Positions 43,461 through 57,554 of a stretch of DNA of 64,000 nucleotides are shown one piece after another; within the stretch, counting starts at the first letter, position 1, and every line of letters starts with the position of its first letter. Source of the DNA: the human T2T-CHM13v2.0 reference genome, Homo sapiens; the NCBI RefSeq assembly GCF_009914755.1, contig NC_060933.1; one strand, given 5' to 3'. The position numbers and the translations under genes were made by a program. The notes beneath the pieces were generated by a model, which searched no databases, was not told the DNA's origin, and worked only from the letters and a program-made list of their open reading frames with translations.

Positions 43461-45199
43461 GGATAGAGCCGAATATTTAGGTGACATTAGTGAAAAGGGA
43501 AAATGTGAGGGGGATGCATAATCACATTTGGGAAACTGTGGATATTCTTAGAACAGAAAAAAATAGATTAGTGAGGTTTTGAATCTTTCCACTTATCTTG
43601 GTAAGGATTATATGCCAAAGACTAGTTATTGTGGCCATACTCTTTTTCCATTAGTGGCATTGGAGAACCAGAAACATGGGATCCAAAGAGAAGCTTAGCA
43701 ATGTTAAGTCATGTTAATACTAATTTAATTTTTGTTTGCCACCCTACCCCCACCAAAAAAAAAAAAAAAGGTTATAATGTGATTGTCACGACAGCATGGG
43801 GCTGTACTGAGCTTTTTGTCATGATATTAAATAGGCTTCTCTGTTAGAAAAAGATTTCTGGTCTAAGGACCCAAGTAGATCATATAAACAGAAGTGTGCT
43901 GTTATGGTGGAGGCATATTCATGTTGGTTCTGCATTCACAGTGAACATTTGTACCCAACTCCTAAGACCTACTAGAGATCAAATGTGTTTAAATTGAGTG
44001 TACTCAGATAGAAAGATATTCTGAAATTTCTCAGCTCTTTTCTCTATATTGTTGAAAATTATCTTTTACAATGCAAAGCCTCTTTAACTTGTAAAATATA
44101 TTATTATACTTTGCTTTGAGTAATGTGCAAGTTAATGTCCCTCCCATTCCAATCATAACAGTCCCTCAGCCAACTGTAAAAGATGCTTTAATGATTATTT
44201 TCTTTACTTAATGTCTTTTTTCATCTAGGGTTAGACAAGTAGAGCTGGAGTGCCTTGCCTATGCGCTATCGTTCGTTTTAAAGATTCTTGGGGAGTTAAA
44301 AATAAAAGAAATTTAGAAAAAAGAAAGTTGAAAGTTAAATGACTGTATTAACATAGTACTAACCAGTAAATTAAGAGTGCAATGAAATAAAACAAAATTT
44401 CAAATTCAAAATGGCTTATGTCATGAAACCCTTAAGGTATTTTAAATTTTCACTGTATACAAAATTGTACAATTAGCAAGGAACAATGTGCTAATGGGTT
44501 TTAAATATTCATTTTAGGCTTATAGTTTTCAGTTTATACATTTTTTGGAGAGCTTCAATACATAAATACCACAACAATTCATTTAAAATGGTATTTTTTA
44601 GTTTCCTAAATGATTTGGATGCCCAAGTCTCTTTCTATAAAAGAATTTCTTAGTATAATAATTAGGCAATAGTTCAATTCATTCCAAATGCCTAGTAAAA
44701 TTTCTCCTAACTATTAATTATATCTTAATAAAAGCTTCCAAGCGAACCAAAATTTTTTTGTTTCAAAGGGTTATAATTTTACTGATCGTATAAAAAGAAG
44801 CTAAGTTAAAGACAGCAAACCTACTGGGTAAATGGAATTCTGATCTCATTCTCTTTTTGCCTAAGTGTGCCAGAGAAAGAGTGAAAATGATGAGATTGGT
44901 GTTAAGGAAAATGTTTTTATTTGTGGGCACATGATGGATTTCTCTTGATCTTTTCCATTTTGCTGTCTTTTCCTCCTGGATTCTGACAGTACTAAATATT
45001 CTGGTACCATTCTATCCACCTCCAGCTCATTAATCAAACTCTAAGTTTCATAAGTTTAGAGGTTGTTTATTATTCTTTCAGTATCTCCAACAGTATATGT
45101 AACATATCTATTATTTAGCTACTTGACACTTAAATAAATATGTATATGTGCACATGTGTATACATGTATTTACATATGTGCACATGTGTGTATGTGTAT

Positions 45200-45755
45200 T
45201 GTATAATAATAGAAAATTTTCTGGTCTTTGTCCCAGATTCCTGGGATAGAACTTCTAAACCCCAGACATTTCTTAAGGGAGAGGAGTATTTGTGTTGTTC
45301 ATGATAGTCTCTGGGTTTATGCTTATAAGGTCACTTATGGTGGACTTTTAGATAGCTTATGTTAACAAGATAGCTCAGCATGAAGGCAGACTATGCCAGA
45401 AAAACCAACCATGTAATTAGAAGGTTGGTGCTTTGAACCAGATGATATCAGTTCAACCTCTGGGCAAGAGAGATGGATTGGAGATTGAGTTAAATCCTGT
45501 GCAATCGCACTGCATAGCAAGACTCCAGTAAAAACTCTGGACACTGGGGCTCAGATGAGCTTCTTGGTTGGGGACACATCAATGTGCTGGGAGGGTGACA
45601 TGGTCCTGATTCCATGGAGAGAGGGCCTTCAAGACCCTCCTAGACCTCTTCCTCTGGCATCTAAAATGAGAGCAGTCTTGTTGGGGACTATGCCCTTGAT
45701 CTGTGGGATCTGCACTAACTCTGGGAAGTTACTGACATAGTTGACTTGCAGTATT
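45200..45755 (+). mobile_element. MER21C-like LTR
   Basis: 'CTGGTCTTTGTCCCAGATTCCTGG', 'CCAGAAAAACCAACCATGTAATTAGAAGGTTGG', 'GATGAGCTTCTTGGTTGG', 'GGGATCTGCACTAACTCTGGG'. Confidence 0.75.
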
Positions 45756-46409
45756 AGATAATCTGTGTTAAATATGTGTGTTAAAATATATGAATATTTC
45801 TATCTTAGAGTCGCTAATTAATAGTGGCAGCAAAGATTCTCAATCCTTATGGTTTGGAAAAGAGATTTACACCTTTACCATGAAGTGCTTTTATTGTCTT
45901 GCCCAATTTAAGAACAAAACCAATACACAGTTAGCACTATTAATCCCCTCGGAAAACTATTCTTCTGGGGTTTGAGGAAGGCTTTTAAGAGGTTTTACTA
46001 CCCTATGTCTGATAAAATACTAGATAAAGACTGCATGCACAGGTTTAAAACTTGAACAGATTTTTTGGGAAAATAAGAAGGGCTTAACCATGATTTCTAT
46101 TTTGTCCTTCCTATGTCCTCTTCCATTTTATGGCTTAGGTTTATTAATTTCCCCTACCTTTTCTCCATATAATTTCCTTTTCCAAAGAATGGACATTACA
46201 TGCTCATTTTCACTAACATGTAAACAATGAATGGTGCTTTAGTTGTTCTCCTCCCTCTGAGCAGAGTTCTTTTTCATTCCCTTATCAATATGTCAAGAAG
46301 CCCCACTTTCTATTTTGACTCTACAAAATTGTTTCTCATAACATAGTTGGATGAAACAGGCCTGCCTCCTGTGAACTCTGTCTCCTTTGTTCTCTTTATA
46401 AAAGTAGGA

Positions 46410-46650
46410 AAACAGTTTATTATGTCAGACACTCTTTTAAATGCTTTGTATGTATTAGGTCTTTTTAATCTTCAACAAACCAGGAGGTAGGTGCTATGTT
46501 AATCTTCACTTTATAGATGATTTTGTGAGACACAATGAGTTAAAAGCATTTACTCGAGAAAATTTAGCTAGTAGGTGACAGAACCAAGATTGCAATCAAG
46601 GTTATTTGATTCTGAAGTCCATACTCATAAATTATTGAGCTATGCTGCCT
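46410..46650 (-). mobile_element. MIR SINE
   Basis: 'TATGTCAGACACT...AATGCTTTG...CACTTTATAGATGA...GCTAGTAGGTGACAGAACCAAGATTG'. Confidence 0.7.
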
Positions 46651-46799
46651 CACATAAAATGCTTCTCGGTGCTGGAGAACTGTGTTCTTGTTCTATCCTA
46701 GGAAGAGAAGTTTGTGAAACATTTGAAAAAATTTCTCCTATTTCCACAGTCTTATTTCTCAGGACTTTCCCATATGTTCCCTCTTTCTACTATATTGAA

Positions 46800-47170
46800 T
46801 TCTTGGTTATTTCCTAAATGCCAGGTACTTTTTGCAACTTCCCACTTGCTTTTTTCTCTGCTTGAAGGGCCCTTCTCTATTTCTCTTTGTCACTTACTTC
46901 TACTCATTCTTCAAGTCAGCTTCAAGCTTTCCATAAAGCCCAGTATGGGGAAGTAACCATTTCTCTGTCTCTCATCAGTATCCACATACTTTTATTTGGG
47001 CACTTACCATAATCTGTGGTGACCCTTCCTTACTTCTGTTTACCTCAGAAGACTGAAACCAACCTGATAGAGGTCTTTTATCTTACATTTCTCTATCTCT
47101 AGTCCTAGCACAAATTTGAGAACCTAATAACTATTCATTAAAAGTTTGTAAACCAGAGAACAAATTAATA
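46800..47170 (+). mobile_element. L2 LINE 3' end
   Basis: 'CTCATTCTTCAAGTCAGC...TCTAGTCCTAGCACA...TCATTAAAAGTTTG'. Confidence 0.55.
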
Positions 47171-47475
47171 AAACCAGATAATAACATTGCAATATTTCTG
47201 AAACCAAGGTTTGTAACCAAAGATTTTTAATTTTTTTATATCCTAAGAGGTTCTAGGTATTGCAAAAACAAAACAATACTATTGTGAACTTACTTAATTG
47301 CATCTGAAATTTTATCTTAATCCCAGACATTGGCTTAAGGTTACAGTGAAAGAAAAAGTAGGTAAATAATTTCATCGCCTTACCCACCCTTTCGTGTTTT
47401 TAACACTTCAAACATACACCCAAACACACAAAAACACATACATATTGCCATGTGTATACTATGGATATATATACT

Positions 47476-47477
<2 letters not shown>

Positions 47478-47514
<37 letters not shown>
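47478..47514. repeat. (GT)18 microsatellite
   Basis: Perfect GT run. Confidence 0.97.
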
Positions 47515-47516
<2 letters not shown>

Positions 47517-48499
47517 TGTGTATGTATATATTTCCTCATTCCCCTGCGTGGAAAGTGACAAAGTATACTATCATTTAAAATTACTTTCTTAACATCATGA
47601 TAAAATCAAAATAAACTGTCACTTTTAAAGCTTTGTAATTTTATACCCCATCATCTTAACAGCTATGATTCACAGAGTTTTGAGAGTTTTTAAATAATGA
47701 CTTAATCTTTGATTTTGAAATTCAGAAAAAAAATCAAAAGGAATGGATGTATTCATGATTGCAAAAGAACAATTTTATTTATGAAAATACTAACATTTAT
47801 CTCTGTCTGTATATCTTGAGATCTCTCAGGATGTATGACTCTGTTTTGCAGAATAAAAGCCTTTGCTGTATGATATGAGTGAACTATTCTAATAATGAAA
47901 GAAAATCCATGCTAACCTTAAATCTGTATAACTGCATAGCACTGACCAGGAAAAGCCAACTTGAAAGGTACTGCTTATAGAAGCATGTCAGCCCCTATTT
48001 TATGGTGGATCCTGTCACTTTTCTCAGGAGAGATGTCTGGATCAGTGTGCTAAGTACTCTCCTGTTTCTAAAAATTCCCAAAGAATGTCTAAAATCAGTA
48101 GTTCACAGTTTATGTAGATCATAATACAACTGACATCTGTAAGCTGTAGAAATAGATACACACTGACATGGCTAAAAAGTACCTGCTGTTTCTGTGAAGA
48201 GAGGCCGAAGTTTTCTCTAGGAAACGTACTACATAGATAGTGATTAGTATTCCTCTAGATACCTCTGGCTTATCACAGTTGATATTCTCTTATTATGCCT
48301 TCTTCATTGGGGTACAATTCAGATTTTATGTAAATGCATACCAACAGGGATATTACTTTACTTCAAATTTGAGTTTGGTTATAGACCAATGGTTATATAA
48401 TGTTACTACTTCACTAATTTTATAAGTTGCTAATAACTTTCTATGTTTATGTAGTATTTACATAATGGATGGAGGTTATCTGCCAATAGAAAACAACAA

Positions 48500-48710
48500 A
48501 TGCCATCAGGACTTAGTTGATAGTGAATCCTGTGGTAAGAGCTTTACATGTGATTGTTCGTAAGTTCTTATTTCAATTAACAGGATGAGTTTAATGAGAT
48601 TACAAAACTTGTCAACTTACCTGGGACCACACAGCTAGTAAGTGGCAAAGCCAAGGTTCAAATCTAGGACTTGCTAATTCCAGTGCCCATAGTCATCATT
48701 GTTATGTAAA
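48500..48710 (-). mobile_element. MIR SINE
   Basis: 'CACACAGCTAGTAAGTGGCAAAGCCAAGGTTCAAATCTAGG'. Confidence 0.7.
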
Positions 48711-50570
48711 ACTACCTTCTTTACTGCAGATATGGAAAGGCTTTATACTACAAAACAGTAAATAACAGGGAATTAATGATGGCTGCACTGTAGAGAAACT
48801 TTTTTTTTAATGTTTTGAATTGCACTCGATCAGATAGTTGGTTTTTATTTGCCAAAGACCAGTATGATTTACAAATTCCTCCCTATTATTTCAAAGAAAA
48901 CACAGTGTGATTTCCAAAGGTAAGGATACAATCATTTCTGGGAAATACTAGCTGGCATTTGCAGAGAATAATTTTGAAGAATACACACTTTCTTGAACAC
49001 TGGTGTGGCCTAGGTCTGGGTAGTAGAAAACTAGGAATAACAGTAGCTAATATTTCAGATCTGCGATCAATGAAGTGAAAATCTAAACATGGGCAAAATG
49101 ATGACAGAGACCAAAAATTATGTATAAAAACTGTGATAATAAGGAAGTGGTGACCAGAATACAAATTGGAACCATACGGATCATTGAAGCACGTTCATGA
49201 ATAGTGCAAAACTATGATGATGAAAAATGATTTAAATGGAGCAATGACAGATGATTTTGTTATCCTATATTGGCAAGGGATTAAAATTAACACCTGAATT
49301 TAACTGTATTAAATATTTTCAGCTTCTGATTATATATATGTGTGTCTACACATATGGGTTATATGTATGTGTCTACACATACTTGGCTACAAAACTGAAA
49401 TTTGTCCTTCAAGTTAGACCCTTACCCTTAGTGTGCCCCAAATCTACCTGCAGCCTCCTGTGGAAAAATGGCCAGAGTTTTCTCTAGGATGTTATATAGC
49501 TAGTGATGAATTTTTGCTTCAAAGACCTTAGCTTACTGCATATTGTCTGGTAAGCTGTTTATCATTCCTTTCAAAATATAGTTTCAAACACTGTCAATGA
49601 AGTATTTCTAATGTGACCGTAAAGTATGAAAGAAAAGATCCTTTTCAGTTATTGTTAATCTATACTGGGAGGGTCCGGGTGACAAATGCAGAACAATAAC
49701 ATGCTCAGATGAAACAGACCAGGAAAATGAACCCCTTACTAACAGGGAACACATCAAGGCCCATTCCTGTCTTGGAATTAGGCTAGTTAGTTTACACTGC
49801 ATCATGTATTTGGCTCCATATAACAATTGCTGTTGGCGCCCACCAGAATCTCTAACTCATTTTTATTTCATCTAACCGTAAAACTATTGATTAATACATT
49901 TGTTATTAATCAATGAAAAAATGGTTTATCTTCTGTGTACCTTCTAGTCCTCCCCTGCATTTCTCTCCCTCAACTCTCAACAACTCATCTGCTTTTAGGA
50001 TATTTTATGAGACTCTAGTTCAGTTTTCACACAGTACTCTTCAGTTTGGCTCATCCATTCCTTTTTGTGGAGACTCCTTCCTATCTTCCCCTTTTCTTCA
50101 TTGTTGGTAATTTATTTCTAGGTCCTGTCCTCATCTATCCTAGTAGCAAATTTCAACAGAAACTTAGTTCTTTTTATGTTTGATCATGTTAAATTTTTGT
50201 TTATAAATCAAGGGTATTTTAATAATAGGTCAAATATCTAACTATAAACATCTAAATATACAAAATAAGAATTAGAAAATGTTCATGTTTGTTTAATAAT
50301 ATTACTACTAGTAGTATTAAATTGTGATTCCTAGAGCATCCTTAGCAGCACAAAAGTGATTTAAAAGGAAAAAATAATTTTAATGTCATTTCCTTGTAGC
50401 ACTTCTGCCTTATTTTTAAAAGACTTTAAAGAATAACTGCCAATGAATTTAATAATATCAAAGCCTATCTTGTTCAACCACATATGGAAAAAAAATACTA
50501 AAAATGAAATTTGACTGAGGAGTCAAGCAATTTTATGATGTTCTTCTTCTATTAGGTACCAGCATGTTAT

Positions 50571-50749
50571 GAAGAATAAGCAAGAAGAAAGAGAAGGAGA
50601 AGAAGCAGGAGGAGGAGGAGAGAAGGAAAGGGAGGAGGAGGAGGAGAAAAAGATGGTGGTAGAGGAGGAGGAGAAGAAGAAGAAGGAGGAGAAGGAGAAG
50701 GAGAAGAAGGAGCAGGAGGAGGAGGAAGAAGAAGAAGAGGAGAAGGGAA
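50571..50749. repeat. (GAG/GAA)n purine-rich tract
   Basis: Seen directly; produces spurious poly-E/K and poly-L ORFs. Confidence 0.95.
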
Positions 50750-52509
50750 CTCACATGTAAGTTACAGGTATTTTTGTATTCATGTTATACATTAAAGAAG
50801 CTGAAATTAAACAAACACCAAACCTGTATTCACCATATAATATCCTTACTTTCCTTTTAGTCTCTGCTGTAATTTCTCTGCACTTTTCAATCATTTAATT
50901 CGCTATCAGAATCATGAACTCACCATTTTGCCTAAGTCAATTTTGTTAAAGTTGTATTCATCTAGTCAGATTTCCTGTAGGTTAATGTTGAGTGTATATC
51001 TATCCTTTACTGTCTTAGTATAAGTCATTATTTGCACAGCTACCTATGATTTTGCCATTTGGGTTATGACGAAAAGGTTAGTTCCAAGTTCTATGAGGAA
51101 TAAAGTTCTAATGGCCTACTTCTATTATTACATTAAGAGGTATGGAAACTGACTATGCAGTTTTCATAAACTCATTTAATGAGAATGAAAATATTCATCA
51201 TTAAGGTCATTGAAAGAAAACAGTATAAAGTAAAAGCTTCTGAATAGACAGAAGCCACAAAATTCCCAAATTATACTCTTTAGAAATTTTTAACTATACA
51301 TTATTTTAGTGTCTCTGAAAATTTTAAAATACCCCTTTTTCATGTTTTATATTCATCCCTGTAACATTTTCAAACAATAACATATTTTATAAAACAAATA
51401 GCCACTGTGAAACAAAAATACTTTCTAGTTTTTATTTTCTATATTTAGATGGAAAAAGAGTAAACTTTTTGCTATGATTATAATTTCTTCATTTGCAGTT
51501 ATTGATGAATAATAATTATCACTTTAGTTTTATACTTAATTGGCATATCACATTGGGTAACCGACTTTCTAAGTCAACCATCCAAAAGCCAACTTAATGT
51601 TAGCTACAAAACTATCTGATTGAAGTTCATGGAGTTTTAAAAACCATTAACTTTTATGTGCAGAGTGAAAACTTTGCTCCACTGGCACATAATTTCATTT
51701 TTATAGTCAGGAGATAACAATAACATGAAAACATTACTGCCAATGGAAATATGCCTCATGAAAAGTAAAAAGTAAAAGAATATGAAAGATTAGTTATTTT
51801 GAGATAGGTGGCTTTGTATATGTTATAGAAAGCAAGAACAAAAATGAATCTACCCTAGGTGATTGGATGACCATGGCACTTGAGGATAATACATAGAATA
51901 TAATTTTTACTAAAAAAGTACAATGGTCAAAGCATTCAAAGTTTTTCTCAATAATGCACTTGAAAATTCTCTGTTCTGTCATCCATTGATATGAAATGGT
52001 GAAAAGAGGACTTTAAAAAAGAATAGCTAATTTCCTGAATAATAGATGGAACTTAACGTTATGTGAACCAACGTTGACAGTAGTGTCTAAATTAATAGTT
52101 AGCAAAGTGTTTCCTGTTCTTCACTGATCTTTGCAATTATCTGCACCAGATCATTTACTCTTATTACAGCTTTTTACAGCTTCTTTCCATGCCATTGGGG
52201 ACATTTTCCTCCTCAAGTTGTCTCCAGAAAATTAACTTTGTACAGCAAAGCCCTTTAGAATTATTATTTTTTTCCACTGGGTCCAGATTTTTATGCATGA
52301 AAATAATATACTGCTGAAAACTATTATTGGTTCTCAACATTTTCTTATATTGTGTTTTTAAAAGTCCCACTATTAGATAATTTTTTAATTCTTTGGTACT
52401 GTTACACAGGGTAGGAAGAATCCTTCTGAGGTATTTATTAGCAGTGATATAAATACCTGATCCAAATTTATCAGTGCTAAGGGTTTTACAGATATTTTAA
52501 ATAATGAAT

Positions 52510-52665
52510 TGTGTATAGTGCTTTCCTTTTCACTAATCCCTTCAGGTATATTATCTCATTTGATCTCCTGAGCAGCTATGAATATCAATTTTGTTATTTA
52601 CAGGTGAGAAAGTGGAGGTTTGAAGAGATTAAGTGACTTGCTCAAGTTCACACAATTTATAAGTA
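52510..52665 (-). mobile_element. MIR SINE
   Basis: 'TTTACAGGTGAGAAAGTGGAGG...GAGATTAAGTGACTTGCTCAAGTTCACACA'. Confidence 0.75.
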
Positions 52666-52965
52666 GTTCAATTATAAAGCATTTATCAGGCATATGCTAT
52701 ATAACAGGTAGTTTTCTAACTCATTAGGATATTGCAAACAATTTTTTAAGTACCTACACTTGCAGGATTAATCACAAATGTGCAAACAGGCAGGTAGAGT
52801 CTCAAATATGTACAATGTAAAATATATTCAAACAACAAAAGTATAGAGATGTAACTAATTGTACTTCTTGCAAGGGTCAGGGACTACTTTATAGAGTGGT
52901 TGGTGCCTGAATTACATTTTGTTTGGTAAATATGAGTTTGTCAGATAAATGAAGGGAGAAATGTA
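52665..52965 (-). mobile_element. L2 LINE 3' fragment
   Basis: 'AAGCATTTATCAGGCATATGCTAT...GGGTCAGGGACTACTTTATAGAG'. Confidence 0.5.
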
Positions 52966-53033
52966 CCAAAGTAGATTTTGTAACCTACAATCTAACATAC
53001 TCTTTACTATATAACATCACCTCTATACCATGC

Positions 53034-53563
53034 TATATTGATTTTCTATTGATAGTATAAAATTATTACTATAAAATTTAGTGGCTTAAACAACACACAT
53101 TTTTATCTTACATTTCTTTAGTTCAGAAATTTGAAATGTGTCTCATTGGGCTAAAATCAACATGTCATCTAGGCTGTCTTCCTTTTTGGAGGCACTAGGA
53201 AAAACTCAATGTCCTTATTCTTTTCCACCTTCCCAAGAGGATTCACATTCCTTGGTTCGTGGCTCCCTTCTCCCATTTTCAAAGCCAGCAACAGTGGATT
53301 GAGATTTAATGTCCCATCCCACCGACCCTGCTTTAGTTGCCGTCACATCTCTTTCTCTGAATACAGGCAAGAAATGTTCTCAACTTTTAAGAAGTCATGT
53401 CATTATACTGGGCCAACCTGGATTGTTTAGGAAAATATCCCCATTTCAAGGTCCTTAACCTTAATTACAGCTGCAAAGTCCCTTTTGTCTTGTAATATAT
53501 TCACAGATTCCAGGGATTAGAAAATGGACATATTTGGGGGGTGGGAATTATTCTGCCGAATAC
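53034..53563 (-). mobile_element. MLT1C/D MaLR LTR, near full length
   Basis: 'TTAGTGGCTTAAACAACAC', 'GGGCTAAAATCAA', 'TTAATTACAGCTGCAAAGTCCCTTTTG', 'CCAGGGATTAG...GGACATATTTGGGG'. Confidence 0.85.
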
Positions 53564-53879
53564 ACGTGCCATTTGTAATCTTAAATTATTTCTTGTCTCG
53601 CATGGATTTAAGCAGACTTTCTTACCTGTAAGAACTAGATTATTATACTGATGATGTTACGTATTTTGCCTATGACACGTCAAAAAAGAGGGGTGAGGAA
53701 AGCTCACATTTTTACACCATTTTCTATGATCTTAGAGATGTCATTTTTTAAATATGCAGTTTTAGAAAAATTCAAAAAGATGAAGAAGAGGTTTGATCAT
53801 TCTGTATGAGCTCATTGACTCAGGTACTAAATATCTTTCTTGTTTGCCATGCTACTATTTCCCAATAACTAAAAAACCT

Positions 53880-54570
53880 TTATCTTTAGCTTAGAAATTT
53901 CTCCTCATCAATCCAAATACCTATTGATCTACAGGACTCTCAAACACAAAACACTTCATGCTGGCCTATTATCTATACTCTTTTTCTACTTCTACTCTTT
54001 CTGTTCTGCTCCCAACATCAGAGAAGGGCAAAAGTATCCCATCAATTGCAAGAACCATAATCCTGGAAGTCATCTTATCTACAGTTTCAAACAAAAACCA
54101 ACCAAATGCTAGAAATTTTACCAACTAAACATTTATTAAATCAGTCCATATTTCTCTATACCTATTGGCATATCCTTAATTCATAATCTCCTATTTTGGT
54201 TATATAACAAATCACTAATTAGACCCTTTGTCTCAAGCTTCTCTCCTACTTCTCTCTATTTAAGCATCCAGGCTACAGCCAGAGGATTCATTCTAAAATA
54301 AAAACTCACTTTATTAACTGTCCTACTTCAAAACCCTGTAATGGCTGACTATTCTCTCTAGATAAATACCCAACTTCCAAAATACCCTGGATAATTTTAA
54401 TTTCCCTTAGTGCCCTGTACTCTTTCTCGCTGTCTGCTCTTTGTTCATATTATCTCTTATTACTCCCTTATCCTCTTCTTTCTTCTGCTCCAAACATATT
54501 TCTTGCTCTTTATTATGAAATTTAAATTATCACCTCCTCTAGGGAACTCTTCCTCTTCCCCACAGCTAGG
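53880..54570 (+). mobile_element. L2 LINE fragment
   Basis: 'ATCCTGGAAGTCATCTT', 'CAGCCAGAGGATTCATTCTAAAA', 'TTCAAAACCCTGTAATGGCT'. Confidence 0.6.
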
Positions 54571-57554
54571 CTCTGCTTTACTTCCTTGGGGAAGAAAATG
54601 CATTGGATTAAAAATGAGAAAGAAAGGAACATTTATTGAGACATTATATGCTAAGATTTTGTCCTATATGCTTTAAATATAATATACGCTAAGTCATTTG
54701 AAAAGTTTTGTGAAGTGGTTATTAGAGAATTTACAAATAGAAAAGCTATATGGTATGTGAAAATGCAGAATGGAGTAATCTGGGAAAAGCTAGCTGGCTA
54801 TGGAGACACATAAGTTGACCTTGATTCTTATGTCTTCATAGTCAGGGCTTGCCTTTCATTCATGCAGTCTTATAAAGTTTCATCAGGTTTCCCAATTGGA
54901 TCAGATTCAGAGATGCTATCTCACACTAATAAAGTTCTTATGAAAATCATATAGAAATAATTTAATTTACTGAGATATTTTTCTCAGTACTCAAACTACT
55001 ATGGGAAGTCACATCAGCAAAGCTTTGTTTGGTACACACTAGAAAAGAAATAGTTGTTAAGACTTAAATGCTCAATGCTTCAAGCAACCCTGTCCATTTT
55101 TACACTTGCTTATTTGTCCAGAGAATCAAATGTTTAGGTCAGCCTGACAAAGTGCCTCTTACCCTGGGCAATGCATGAATGGTCATTGCTGAAAATTGCC
55201 TAGGTCTCTTATTTTTCCGTGTCTTTGGACTGACCAACCTAAAACCAAGGAAGTGTTCTCATTCTTTAGATGTTATTGATAATTATCACAGGGTCTCTCT
55301 GAGTACAGAAATAACTTCACTATTGTTCAGTTCTGATGCATTTTTTTCAGATTGTAATTTGAAGAAGGCAGGTTTGTTTGCTTTATTAATATCTTCCATG
55401 GAGCTCTGCATTATTCCATCTTATCCTGTAACTCTTTAAGTTTCAACTCTAGGTGTTAATAATTCTGTTTTACAGTTGGATAATTTATGCTTGAGTTTAG
55501 TAACTTTTCTTAAGTAAGAGGTGGCATTCAAAGAGAGTTCCTCTGACTCCAGAGCCCTTGCTCTTTCAAGCTTTGCTCGCCAGTCTTAGCTCTGTTTCTA
55601 AGTAAATGTTTGCCATTGGCAGATCACTAACTGCCCTCTGTCCCACCTTGCTTATCAGAAGGGTGAGATGTTGCTCTAAATTATTTATAAAATCTCTTCC
55701 AGCTTGATTTATTAATAAAAGGCAGTATTATTTCCCTGCTTTCCTAAGTCTACCAAGTAATCTCTTTCACAATGCAAAGCAGAAATATGCTATGAACTAA
55801 ATTCCCATTCCAGCTGCCCAGATACTGGCATAAGGTTGACTAAAGTCGTATTTTTCAGTATTGTGAGCTTTCATCTTTTTTTTCTTCTTTATGGTTAATT
55901 TAATGAGAGGTTGGTTGGTCCCATTTCTTATACAGGAAAGAGATTAGGGTTTGGATAGCTCCTTGAGCTGCTTTTTAATTATCTCAGATTTCACATTTTT
56001 AAAGAAGAAATGGCTGTAACTTATTCAAGAGGAATAAAATTCTGTGATGTACATTATAACTATAGTAGATCAAAGGCCTCATTTTTTGCACTGTGCAGGT
56101 GTAGAATTTCTGTGACAGAGGAGGATCCACGATAGGCAGTAAAAAAGGGAAAACAAAATTACATTGGTTTCACACATTTGCTTTGCAACATCTGTTTAGG
56201 TGGAAAGCATTTTGCCTGTCGATTTATTGAGGAGTTTGTTCATGACAAGCCATGTCTGTCTATTTCCCTCGTTATTTTGAAAGCTTTGAGTCCAAAGGGA
56301 TTGAAGTAGCCTGGCTAAATTGCACTGATGCCAGTAAATAGTGACTTTGTATCAGGGGCAGAGTGAGCATCTGCTTTTCTTAGAATTCTGGAGCAAGTGT
56401 GATATCTGGGGACAGAGAGGTAGAATTGGACTGACAGCTTAGTTTTTCTGCTGCCCTGAATTTACTAAAGTTAGCTGTGAAAATAGCCCAACTTAATCAA
56501 TGTAGGCCAGTTTGTCATATCATTGTTTCCTGTGACATTGGCTGTTCATCAACACCTGAGACCTCAGTCAGTCAGTGCTTCCTCCCCACAGTTCACGCAC
56601 ACATAGCTGATGGACTACCACCTTCACACAGAGATCTCTTAAATAAAAATTTAACCTAACTTTAAAGTCCTATATTGACAAAAAGACCATATAGCTGTTC
56701 TGCTAACAATTCTGGATATCTTCAGCATCCAGCGAGTAACTTTTTTCCCTTAGGGAGAATGAAAGGGAAGTAGGAAGGATTTTTGTTACTGGTTAACAAA
56801 AAGTCAAATTACTATTTTACAGCAGTAACCACCATAAACAGAAACAAACAAACAAACAAACAAAAACCCAGAATTTAACAATCCCTTGCCCTCCTAGCAT
56901 CCAACCCATCATTTTACAAATCACTTTGAGACCAGGAGTGGGTGAACCAATTGTAAAGGAACCCCAGCCATCATATATTATACTTGGTATAATATACCAT
57001 GTATATTACAAATGATTCATAGTAGCTAAAATCCTTTTTTTAGAAAAGCATAGCTGTGTACATCTTGAGATGCAAGACCAACACTGAAAAATTCTGAGTG
57101 ATATTTCTTTCCCCCCCACCATGGTTTAAGACAAAGGAACTGGGAGTAGAAAGAAGTAGTGCCAATTTTAATTATTGTCATAAAGTCAATAGCAAACTTC
57201 AGCAAAATTATCATCTCAAAGATGTGTTTTGGACGTGTTCTTCTCTGTATCCTATCTTCAAACATATTTGGAAGCACTATTTATCCTTACTAGGTCTTCA
57301 GAGGGGAGCCTGGAAACTACCTGATTCTTTGTAGAAATAGAATCTGACCTTATTGCTTCCCAATCAAAGAGTGACCATTATCTTGAACCCAGTTGGAAAG
57401 CTGATTACTTTATTTTCTTAAATCAGTGGGTACACTGTACTCAGATGCCTTTATTTTATTGCTTGTCTAGTTTTCCAGATGTCTTACTAATGCATAGGCA
57501 AATGTGTTCAATAGATTCAGTGAAGTTTACATGCTTTCCAGAGAGATACTTAAC

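Noticed and set aside
49214-49298. ATGATGA ... CTGA spacing resembling a C/D box snoRNA
   Set aside because: No convincing terminal stem or recognisable guide; motifs are common in AT-rich DNA
50533-50760. Poly-L and poly-E/K ORFs
   Set aside because: Produced by the (GAG/GAA)n tract
56974-56996. Short perfect hairpins (10-bp arms here and at 52429-52458; 9-bp at 18911-18934)
   Set aside because: AT-rich and plausibly chance in 64 kb; no supporting context
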